DNA of 64,000 nt. It comes from Octopus vulgaris. Taxonomy: Eukaryota. The notes under the pieces are model-generated. The model did not search any database. It saw nothing but the letters and a program-made list of their open reading frames with translations, and was not told the origin of the DNA. The position numbers and the translations under genes were made by a program. Positions 1 through 9,748 of the stretch are shown piece after piece. The stretch spans positions 169,818,001 to 169,882,000 of the forward strand of contig OX597814.1 of NCBI GenBank assembly GCA_951406725.2, given 5' to 3'. How positions within the stretch are numbered: the stretch's first letter is position 1; the number at the start of each line of letters is the position of its first letter.

Positions 1-90
1 AGGCTTTGGTCAGCCCAAGGCTATAGTAAAAGACACTCGCCCAAGGTGCCACACAGTGGGACTGAACCCGGAACCATGTGGTTGGTAAGA
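1..90 (-). mobile_element. tRNA-derived CORE-type SINE (family A), partial
   Basis: Reverse complement contains a B-box-like GGTTCAGTCC followed by GTGGCACCTTGGGCGAGTGTCTT (CORE-like); the same sequence recurs more than 10 times in the window. Confidence 0.8.
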
Positions 91-167
91 AAAACATTGC
101 ATACAACCCATTGCCTCATTGCTGTAAGTTTGCTGAAGCATGCTCAATGTCTCTGTAGAAGAGTTCC
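91..167 (-). pseudogene. mariner transposase N-terminal HTH fragment
   Basis: Translates SSTETLSMLQQTYSNEAMGCMQCF, similar to KSVTETLSLLWQDCSNVAYGRMQCF in the mariner at 35185-35499. Confidence 0.6.
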
Positions 168-693
168 TGGTGGTGGTGGTGGTGGTGATGATGATGATGA
201 TGATGACAATGACGGCTTTGGTGATGGTGTAATTATTATCACTGCTGTCGTTACTATTTTTGATGGATTTGTAGTTGTTGATGCTGTTGTAGTTGCAAAT
301 TTTCTCTACAGAAGTTCCCATATTTTTTATTGCAATATCTAAACAAGATTCACTGTTTTTCTCATTTGTCATACTCCATACTTCTGTCATAACATCTGTT
401 ATGCTCACTCCTCCTCTCTCTTTGTTAAGTAATTCTCTCCTAAACATTATGACTGTGCTGCTGCCATTTGCCATTTTTAGAATGGATTCAAACTCAACCC
501 AGTGCAAGTTCAAAGACAAAATTTGATTAGACTCTTCCAGATCCAGCTGGTCTTATCTATACCAAAATTTCCCAAATAACTAAACTCTTTCTTGTCAAAA
601 GAGTTGATATTCTGTGAAGATCCTTAGATCCAGTCTTGTCTACACCCCGGCAGAATACTGGCAATAACAATAACAACAACAACAATGATAATA

Positions 694-895
694 ATGGTTT
701 CAAATTTTTAACACAAGGCCAGCAATTTGGGGGAGGAGCTAAATTGACAATATGGACCCCAGGGATCAATTGGTAATTATTTTATCGACCCTGAAGGATG
801 ACAGACAAAATTGACCATGATGGAATTTGAACCCTGAATGTAAAAATTTACACTTAGCATTTTGTTTTAAAAATTCTGCCAGCTTGCAGCCATAA
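694..895 (-). mobile_element. SINE family B, degenerate copy
   Basis: Matches the reverse complement of the family body ...gcctttcatcctttcggggtcgataaaataagtaccag... seen intact at 34013-34242. Confidence 0.6.
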
Positions 896-901
896 AATTA
901 G

Positions 902-921
902 TAATAATAATAATAATAATG

Positions 922-974
<53 letters not shown>
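902..974. repeat. (AAT)n microsatellite
   Basis: Near-perfect AAT run directly upstream of an R4-type fragment. Confidence 0.95.
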
Positions 975-975
<1 letters not shown>

Positions 976-1590
976 GAGGGAGAAAATGTAATGATTCTTT
1001 GGGACTTTCCAGTATGTACAAACTGCATCATCAAAGCAAATAAATCAGATATTGTTGTGAAAGACCAAAACAATAAAGTTTGTTTATTGATTGACATAAG
1101 CAGTTCCTGTAACCATAATATCTCAGCAAAAGGAATTTGATAAGCTCAGACAATATAAAGATTTGTTAAATGAAATAAAAAAAGATGTAGCATCCCAAGA
1201 CAGTTACAATACCAGTGATTGTAGGAGCACTTGGAAAGATTAAAAAAGGAACTGAAAATTATTTAAGAATGATCCCTGACTTACCATCCATACAGGAAGT
1301 GTAAAAGATTGTCTTAACTGGTACGTCATACGTCATACGTATTGAGAAGAGCATTGTTGCTGTGAATTTTCTTTCCTTTTCCCCCCTTTATTTGTTTATT
1401 TTTTATGCCTGCCTCTTTTACTTTTTATGTCTTCCCCTTTTTCTCTGTCACATGACTTTGTAAATGAACAATCTGGTGTGTATATTTTTATGGCCTACTA
1501 ATGTATACAAGTACGTTTCTCTGCCCTAGGTGCCAGGAAGATGCTCGGCAAGAAATGGAAACAGAATTGAAAGAAGAAGCTAATGAAAAT
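975..1590 (+). mobile_element. R4/Dong-type non-LTR retrotransposon 3' fragment (REL endonuclease plus 3' UTR)
   Basis: ILWDFPVCTNCIIKANKSDIVVKD..CLLIDIS...YKDL..EI...IPVIVGALG...QEV.KIVLTGT..LRRAL, the PD-(D/E)xK REL C-terminus, with frameshifts; 3' UTR shared with 2985-3210; flanked by AAT repeats. Confidence 0.85.
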
Positions 1591-1870
1591 AATAATGGCT
1601 TCAAATTTTGGCATAACGCCAGCAATTTTGGGGAGGAGGGGAATCGAATATAATCAACCTCAGTGTTCAGCTGGTACTTATTTTATCAATCCCAATCCTA
1701 TAAGGATGAAAGGCAAAGATGAACTCAGTAGAATTTGAACTCAGAACATCAAGACAGATGAAATGCTATTAAAAATTTTGCCCAGCATGCTAATGAATCT
1801 GCTACATTTACAAAAACAGCAACAACAACAGCAACAACAGCAGCAGCAGCAACAACAACAATAAGTAGAA

Positions 1871-1953
1871 GAATTCACCTCTGGAAACATGGGTGTTTTG
1901 CTCATCATCCTTAAAAGAAAGCTTATTCAGGGACCTTTTGAGTGGAATGGGCT
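1871..1953 (+). mobile_element. internal fragment of the ~540-bp TAA-embedded non-coding element
   Basis: aattcacctctggaaacatgggtgttt...ttattcagggaccttttgag matches 16924-16985 and the reverse complement of ~21380-21460. Confidence 0.7.
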
Positions 1954-1959
1954 GCACAA

Positions 1960-2250
1960 CATGAATGGGTTACTCAGCTAAGGAAAATGAAGAAGGTGAA
2001 GATAGTGCCAATTATTGCTAGGTCTTTGGAGACAGAATCAGAAGGCATCAAGAGGAATATAAACGAAATCAGAATAGAATGCCCAGTAGAACTGTTACAA
2101 AAAGTTTGCCTTCTTGGCATGGCTAGAATAATCAGGAGAGAACTAGATAATTGAAAAGAATAGATAGCATGGTACCATAGGCTGCAGGTAGCAAGCCCAC
2201 TAAGCATGCAAGACTGCAAGATTTCCTACAAAATTTGAGTTGAAAAGAAT
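1960..2250 (+). mobile_element. R4-type LINE 3' end, second subfamily
   Basis: KKVKIVPIIARSLET...VELLQKVCLLGMARIIRRELDN* matches the R4 C-terminal consensus; followed by an AAC/AAT tract. Confidence 0.7.
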
Positions 2251-2299
2251 AACAACAATAACAATATAATACTAATACTAGTAATTATAATAATGACAA

Positions 2300-3210
2300 T
2301 AAAAGTACAGAATTAATTGTCTGGTAGATGGGAGCAAAAGCCTCTGCATGACAAATATGTGACCTATAGAAAGCAAGTTGATGTTGACCAGGAGCACAGC
2401 CATCAGTAGCTATGAAAATAAGGGTTAAAGACAGAGAGTGAAGACTTCATTTTAGCTGCTCAAGGTCAAAGCTTATTGATTCAGAACTACTAAGCCAATG
2501 TGCTGGAAACTGGGAGTAGATCCAAAGTGCCGATCCTGCAATGATGAGATTGAAACAGTGGACCACTTAATCTTTGGATGTAAAGTTTCAACACCTGTAG
2601 AGTATAATTCAAGACATGACAGAGTTGGCTAATATCTACACTGGTTAATATGTTAAGGTTATAAAATCAAAACTGTTAAGTGGCATAAGCATCACCCTGA
2701 GGCTGTAACTAGGGGAGGAAATGTAAGAATTCTTTGGGGCTTTCCAGGACATACAGACAGAATCAACAAAGCTAATAATAATGTCTGTTTATTGATGAGT
2801 ATCTCTTGTGACCATAATATTTTAGCAAATAAATTTAACAAGCTCAGAAGTGATTGTAGGAGCACTTGGAAGGATTTAAAAAGGAACTGAAAATTATTTG
2901 CAGATTATCCCTAGCTTGCAGGAAGTGCAAAAAATTGTCTTGACTTGTACATCACACATATTGAGAAGAACATTGTCCCTGTGAATTGTCTTTCCTTTTA
3001 CCCCTTATTTACTTTACTTTCTTTTTAATTTCTTTCTTTTTTTCCTTACTTCCTCTGTCTTTCTTCCCTTTTTTTTCTGTCACATAACTTTGTAAATGAA
3101 CAATTTGGTGTGTTTATTTTAATGCCCTACCAATGTATACAGCGATTTTCTTTGCCTAAGATGCTGGGAAGACACTCGGCAAAAAATGGAAACAAAATTG
3201 AAAGAAAATA
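2300..3210 (+). mobile_element. R4/Dong-type LINE fragment (zinc knuckle plus REL), degenerate
   Basis: WEQKPLH...LKTESEDFILAAQGQSL...KCRSCNDEIETVDHLIFGC..RHDRVG.YLHWLIC..ILWGFP..VIVGALG..QEVQKIVLTCTSHILRRTLSL*; multiple stops. Confidence 0.85.
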
Positions 3211-3527
3211 ATGATGATAACAATAATGATATACCCATCTTTTATTTTGCCTCAAGAGTCCATGTCAAATTTATTTCTAACATTCATATTAGTTGATCTT
3301 TATTTTGTGGGATTTTTCTGTTTCTTTATATGTCCACTTCTTGCAGGCATTTGGATCTGAGGTGATTTTTATTGTGAAAATGTAGCAACAACTATGGTTT
3401 CTGCCATGTTTCACCTGATGACTTATTCAACCATTTGAATCAAAGTGATTAAATAGCCCTTCAATGAAATAGTATTTTACATACATGCATACATATATAT
3501 ATAAAGATGTATATTATATAGAGATAT

Positions 3528-3566
<39 letters not shown>

Positions 3567-3575
3567 ATATACATA

Positions 3576-3800
3576 TATAATTATGATTAAGGGCACAGAA
3601 AAATCTAGCCTATATGCTGAAAAGAGACGCTAAATCGTCCAATTTGTGATGATTTAAAGTGGTAGATGATTTAGCATCTCTTTTCAGCATATAGGCTAGA
3701 TTTTTCCTGTGCCCTTAATTATAATTATAAATATGATTTCACCTTAATAGGTCTATTTTTATATGCTGGCTACTGATAAAGTTTTTAAAGATTTAATCCT
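3576..3800 (+). mobile_element. fold-back insertion (~64-bp inverted arms plus ~70-nt tail), probable ultra-short PLE remnant
   Basis: 3576-3639 is the reverse complement of 3665-3729 with few mismatches; tail resembles that at 25361-25457; lies between TA/TACA repeats. Confidence 0.6.
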
Positions 3801-3872
3801 TTATTACATATATACATACATACATACATACATACATACATACATACATACATACATACATACATTTGTATG

Positions 3873-3927
<55 letters not shown>

Positions 3928-4299
3928 GCGTATGCACACAGAGTGTTACATAGCAATATAAATCATACATATAAGAGTATCAACAATGTATACCATTAAA
4001 AGATTGTAATTGGAATTATATGAAACAATAATTACTGCTGATATATCGATAATGATATGATGATAATTAGTACACTATTCATTATTCTCATATCAATTGA
4101 TGATAACATTTTTCTTTAATATTCTTTGTTTCAGAATCAAAGTTCACAGATTACTTGATATGCGTACTCCGCACTTATAAATACCCTCTTCATCTACTTG
4201 TTTTTCTTTAAGTTTCCTTCTCCTTGTGTTTGAGAAGAACAGCATCTTAGTTCAATGACGCAAATTTCCTGTTTTAAAGTTATCGAAATTAAAACTTTC

Positions 4300-4446
4300 C
4301 ATTAAAATTTCACGCTAATTTATGTTCCAAACACTAGATTAATAATGACTAAATTATTTTACAAAATTGTTCATTATTTTCGAAATTGCTTGAAACAAAA
4401 GCAGCGTATTTCAATTTCAACAGAAATATTGTAACAAAAGAGTTAA
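4300..4446. mobile_element. piggyBac-type MITE fragment
   Basis: aatttatgttccaaacactag...aaagagttaa resembles the right half of the TTAA-flanked MITE at 49589-49822. Confidence 0.5.
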
Positions 4447-5338
4447 ATGTCCTCCAAATGGAAGGAAATGATCATACAATGCTTTCGTTGCAATCAATCA
4501 AACTGGGCCATATTTTGAACGGTTCTTCTTCCTTGATTTCCTCACTCAACAATCTGGAATCCACTTTTCCTTCTTAAAGACTTTTGTTCGGAATAATCTT
4601 TATTTAACACACAATATTATTAAAGTCAGCAAAAACTTCTGTACCCTCCAATAAATCTTCCAATTCTTTGCTTTCTCTCTTTCTTTTCTTATCATTTTCT
4701 TCACTAAATCATCTATCTTTTCCCCTCATTTTCATTCTATCAATCTGCCCTCTCTTCCTTGTCTTCTCTTAATCCTATCCCTTCCTTCCTTTCTTTCTTT
4801 CCGTCTTTCTTTCTTTCTTTCTTTCTTTGTTATTTCTATCTTCCTTTCATCTCTCAATTATCTCCTCTCATTATTCTTCATCTCTTGTCCCCTCTCCTTT
4901 CTCTCCCAAACAATTCTTCTCTTTGCTTTCTCTTAATCATCTCTGTCTCTCTAAATGATACGAAGTTGATAAACATCACATCCAATCTATCATCTACATC
5001 ATCAATACACTTCACAGTTCAATGGCTGTATAAGCACTAAAGGACAGCAATACAGAGCAGATATTCAGCAAGGCCAAATGATTTAACCCTCCATCAACTG
5101 AGAGAAATTTGTTTGTCAAACTAATTATAGATCTTCATCAAAAGAATCATCACAGAAGATGTGGTTAGAGATGAAAGATACACTGCTATATCATACACAT
5201 ACATACACACAATACATATATACTTATCAATATATATATTCATTAATATATTCAAATACATAATTTATATAGTCAAGTATATATATATATAAATTAGAAA
5301 AGTTTTGGAATAATATTCCCTCATATTATTATTATTAA

Positions 5339-5380
<42 letters not shown>

Positions 5381-5381
5381 G

Positions 5382-5414
<33 letters not shown>

Positions 5415-5529
5415 GCATACATGTATATATAAATATATACATCATCATCATCATCATCATCGTTTAACGTCCGCTTTCCATGCTAGCATGGGTTGGACAT
5501 ATATTCATAAGTGTATATCTATGTGTGTG

Positions 5530-5560
<31 letters not shown>

Positions 5561-5563
<3 letters not shown>

Positions 5564-5921
5564 CTGTAAATATAATATGTGACAATTATTTGGTAGCCAT
5601 GATAAAACTCCGAGTTTCAGATGGCGGGGTGGAAACCAACACTGGCATCTCTTCAGTTATTGGGCCATCAAAAAAAAATGTGTGTATGTGTGTGTGTGAA
5701 TGTGTGTGTATTTGTGTGTGTATGTGTGTGTCAGTTTGTATGTGTGTATGCATGTGTGTATGTTTGTATGTGTGTGTGTGTGTATGTGTGTGTATATGTG
5801 CTTCCACTCATTTCATAGCTATCGAATAATTGTCACATATTATATTTACAGATAAATTCCTCTATTTACATAATATCGAAGTCTCCTTCATTCTTTTGTT
5901 GTCTTGCCATTTCTACCAATA
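5561..5921 (+). mobile_element. truncated PLE remnant with inverted 5' arm, related to the PLE at 55220-57054
   Basis: 5561-5592 is the reverse complement of 5823-5854; 5823-5921 aligns to 56965-57054; interrupted by a TG tract. Confidence 0.75.
5601..5661 (-). ncRNA. PLE pseudo-LTR hammerhead ribozyme motif (type I, minimal)
   Basis: Minus strand: AAUAA-CUGAAGA-GAUG..CAUC-U-GAAA-CUC-G-GAG-UU-UUAUC; canonical core, near-palindromic stem III. Confidence 0.65.
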
Positions 5922-6340
5922 TCATCATCATCATCGTTTAGCGTCCGTTTTCCATGCTAGCATGGGTTGGACGGTTCTACTGGGGTCTGTGAAGCCAGAA
6001 GGCTTCATCAGGCCCAGTCAAATCTGGCAGTGTTTCTACGGCTGGATGCCCTCCCTAACGCCAACCACTCTGTGAGTGTAGTGGGTGCTTTTTACGTGCC
6101 ACCCGCACAGGTGCCAGACAGAGCTGGCAAACGGCCACGAACGGATGGTGCTTTTTACGTGCCACCAGCACGAGGCCAGTCGGGGCGGCGCTGGCAACGG
6201 TCGCGAAACGGAAGGTTCTCTTACATGCCACCGGCACTGGTAACATATCTGCAATTTCCATTGATCGATTTCGATTCTGATCCTCACTTGCCTCAACAGG
6301 TCTTCACAAGTAGAGTTTCGACATGCCACCGGCACTGGTA
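5922..6340 (-). mobile_element. (GAT)n-tailed SINE-like element (family C) with internal ~60-bp subrepeats
   Basis: Tail ...catgctagcatggaaaacggacgctaaacgatgatg on minus; other copies at 12527-12765, 29567-29955, 43262-43402, 61335-61695, 62441-62790. Confidence 0.8.
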
Positions 6341-6359
6341 AATATGTATATATATTTTC

Positions 6360-6380
6360 ATTCACATTCACACACACACA

Positions 6381-6454
<74 letters not shown>

Positions 6455-7103
6455 TATAATCATCAAATCATCATTACTTTAATGTTTACTTTTCCATGCT
6501 TGCATGGGTCAGAAGAGAATATGTAGAGCTTGATTTTTCTATAGACAGATGCCCATCCTGTCACCAACCTGACTTGATATTCAGTTTATTTAACAACAAA
6601 CAGCCCAGATATGTTTACGTGTCAAACCAGAAACAACCAACATCATTAGTGAAGCTATTATTTACTATTAATGAGGGAACATATATGTATGTGTGTGTGT
6701 GTGTGTGTATGTAGGCAAAGGAAATAGAAAATTACTCATACAAACTCACATATGGGCCCTTGCTATGAGTGCGTGTGTGTGTGATGTGTATGTATGTGTG
6801 TATATGTGTATATATGTGTGTGAATGTGTGTGTGAATGTGTGTGTATTTGTGTGTGTATGTGTGTGTGTGTGTATGTTTGTATGTGTGCATGCATGCGTG
6901 TGTTCGCGTGTGTGTATCTGTGTGTGTGTGTGTGTGCGTGTGTGTTTGTGTGTGTGTGTTTGTGTGTGTGTGTGTGCCTCCAGTCATTTGAGTCTGACAA
7001 GTCGCCTATACAGCTAAGTGCTTTATAGGTGCAAAACCAATGGTCATCTCTGACTGGCCATAGCAAACAACCTTCTAAACCTCTGTGTGTGTTTGTGTGT
7101 GTT

Positions 7104-7168
<65 letters not shown>

Positions 7169-7170
7169 AT
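6360..7170. repeat. CA/TG dinucleotide-rich region
   Basis: Several long (CA)n and degenerate (TG)n tracts. Confidence 0.9.
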
Positions 7171-7443
7171 ATGTATAAGTATTCATTGTTGTGTATGCAA
7201 ATGTCCTAAGGCTGATTGCTCAATTTACTGCACTACTCCAGATCAAATTTCAGTGTTTTCCCATCTGTTTTAATATCATTTTCTACTCTGTATATCTATC
7301 TGTACATAATAGGGTACGGCTTGACAGTTATGAATTATTGAATTCACTCAAACTGCATGATACCTTGGGCAAGTGTCTCCTACTATAGCTCTGGGCCAAC
7401 CAAACCTGTGAGTGGATTTGGTAGACAAAAACTGAAAGAAGCT

Positions 7444-7496
<53 letters not shown>

Positions 7497-7507
7497 CATA
7501 CATATTC

Positions 7508-7697
7508 GCCATGATAGATCGCTAGCCACTACACATTCTTTATTTTCTCTCCTTGCTTCTTTCTGTGTTCCTTTCTGTGGAAGAGCGTAGGCTCAAAACG
7601 TTAAAGACTTTTTCAATTCCCGAGCGTTATACTAATACATCTATTTGTCGTCTACACCACCTGTCTTTGTCTTTTGTTTTTTGTGTTCTCCCTATTT
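7508..7697 (+). mobile_element. TA-embedded PLE-like pseudo-LTR fragment with variant hammerhead (family F)
   Basis: cttt-CTGTGGA-a-gagc-gtag-gctc-AAAA-cgtt-aaag; homologous to 12768-12955, 25713-25915 and 32975-33118. Confidence 0.65.
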
Positions 7698-7894
7698 ATA
7701 TATATATATATATAAACATATATATATATATATAGAGAGAGAGAAGGACAGAGAAGCAGAGAGGCAGAGACAGAGAGACAGACAGACAGATAGGTGGCTG
7801 GATTGATGGATCGATCAATAGATAGATCAATGGGTCAATGGATTAACAGACCAGTCAAGAGACAGATCAAAAGGATCAAAGATCCTTCCTGAAC

Positions 7895-8115
7895 TCTGGG
7901 CTCATAAAGCCAGTTTCCTGGTTTCTGTAGCATACATTCCTTGGATGGGACACTGGTCTATAACAAGATTACTCATTTTTGCCAGCTGAGTGAACTGGCA
8001 CAGTGTGAAAAGAAGTATTTTACTCAAGAACACAACACATCACTCAATGCAGGAATCAAATCCACAACCTTATGACCATCAGTGCAACACCACAACCACT
8101 TACCCACATGACTCC
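7895..8115 (-). mobile_element. tRNA-derived SINE family D, degenerate
   Basis: Minus strand has a tRNA-like head then gtgttgtgttcttgagtaaaatact...cagttcactcagctggcaaaaatgagta; second copy at 15680-15990. Confidence 0.6.
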
Positions 8116-8655
8116 CCATATATAGATATGTATGTATCAGACTCAATGTGTATACATTGTTTATAGGCCAGTTACTATGGTTATTCTCCTGAGATAGCAT
8201 CTCTTATGGACTGGCTGTGTTACAACCACGATAAATATCAAAGGGAGATAAAAAATGCCAGCTGTATTTCAGCCTCTTTGGGCCTTTTCAATGGCACATA
8301 CCCACAGCCAGTCACATGCTTGGATCAGAATTCCTAATCTCTATAGGAACAAGTGAATAATACTGATGATGTGAATGGCCAGCTGGTTGAATACTCTTGT
8401 CAATGGTGTCATCTCTATGAAAAAGCTGCAGTGTTCTATTGATGTTAGACAGCCTGTACCATTCTGTTGTCAAGAGCACAATAATGGTATGCTTCTTTTG
8501 CTTTAGAGCAGTTGTATACTGTCAACTTAACGTGACAGTCCCATAAAGGGAATCACACCACCGCTATTTAGCCCTAGGAAGCATCAATGCTTCCTGTCAG
8601 CCTTGACACATTTTCTGTGTCCTTATGTTTACAAGGGGGAGACAAGCACCCCCCT

Positions 8656-8732
8656 CCAGCTAAGCCTGCAGCCAGAGACATGTTTCTGAGTCTTGCTCAT
8701 CATCAGTCTGGAGTAGCATGGCTTGTAGCTGG
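8656..8732 (-). ncRNA. type I hammerhead ribozyme, unit 1 (intact core)
   Basis: CCAGA-CUGAUGA-UGAG-CAAGA-CUCA-GAAA-C-AU-G-UC-UCUGG; stem I extends through AGCC/GGCU and CCAGCUA/UAGCUGG with internal loops. Confidence 0.88.
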
Positions 8733-9009
8733 CTGCAGATACCTGTCTAGACCTTGTAAGCATATATAATTTCAGTGAAGTAAATTCACTGATCACAAAA
8801 AATTAGAAATATTAAATTTCTAAATATCTCAGAGAGATATAAGCAGTGGTGTTACGATAGAGCAGTTGTATACTGTCAACTTAACGTGATAGTCCCGTAA
8901 AGGGAATCACACCACCGCTATTTAGCCCTAGGAAGCATCAACGCTTCCTGTCGGCCTTGACACATTTCCTGTGTCCTTATGTTTACAAGGGGGAGACAAG
9001 CACCCCCCT

Positions 9010-9087
9010 CCAGCTTAGCCTGCAGCCAGAGACATGTTTCTGAGTCTTGCTTGTTATCAGTCTGGAGTAGCATGGCTTGCTAGCTGG
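9010..9087 (-). ncRNA. type I hammerhead, unit 2 (mutated: G8A and disrupted stem II)
   Basis: Core reads CUGAUAA, and the 5' strand of stem II is CAAG instead of UGAG. Confidence 0.7.
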
Positions 9088-9364
9088 TTGCAGATACCCG
9101 TCTAGACCTTGTAAGCATATATAATTTCAGTGAAGTAAATTTACTGATTACCAAAAATTAGAAATATTAAATTTCTAAATATCTCAGAGAGATATAAGCA
9201 GTGGTGGTACGATAGAGCAGTTGTATACTGTCAACTTAACGTGACAGTCCCATAAAGGGAATCACACCACCGCTATTTAGCCCTAGGAAGCATCAACGCT
9301 TCCTGTCAGCCTTGATACATTTCCTGTGTCCTTATGTTTACAAAGGGGAGACAAGCACCCCCAT

Positions 9365-9441
9365 CAAGCTTAGCCTGCAGCCAGAGACATGTTTCTGAGT
9401 CTTGCTCATCATCAGTCTGGAGTAGCATGGCTTGTAGCTGG
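9365..9441 (-). ncRNA. type I hammerhead ribozyme, unit 3 (intact core)
   Basis: Same core and stems as unit 1 (core at 9381-9420). Confidence 0.88.
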
Positions 9442-9592
9442 TTGCAGATACCCGTCTAGACCTTGTAAGCATATATAATTTCAGTGAAGTAAATTCACTG
9501 ATCTCAAAAAAAAAAAAAAAATAGAAATATTAAATTTCCAAATATCTAGAAATTTAATATTTCTATTTTTTTTTTTCTTTTGCTTTGTTTTC

Positions 9593-9748
9593 TATATATT
9601 GCAAGCGGGAGCAGACTCTTGCTGTCTCTCTAGCGGTTGCGCATTCGCGACTAGGAATGGGCAGAAATAGCCTGAAACTGAGGTGGTCTCACAATCCTGT
9701 CATCTGCTGAAGGATGGTAGAGATTTGCTCCCTTGCTTGCAATATATA
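9593..9748 (+). ncRNA. putative structured RNA: long imperfect stem with G.U pairs closing a multibranch loop
   Basis: 9593-9636 pairs with 9704-9748 using six G.U wobbles; the loop contains small hairpins TTGCG/CGCGA, GGC/GCC and TGAG/CTCA. Confidence 0.45.

Larger units (their letters stand above)
8504..9547 (-). mobile_element. retrozyme-like tandem array: 3 x ~354-bp non-coding units, each with a type I hammerhead
   Basis: Highly similar units start at 8504, 8858 and 9213; no meaningful ORF; many internal hairpins; hammerhead GUC sites at 8677, 9031 and 9386 (spacing 354 and 355). Confidence 0.85.

Noticed and set aside
8504-9547. CRISPR array or protein-coding repeat; twister, pistol or HDV ribozyme in the unit
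   Set aside because: Units are full-length repeats with no unique spacers, the 60-aa ORF is incidental, and only the hammerhead consensus fits.
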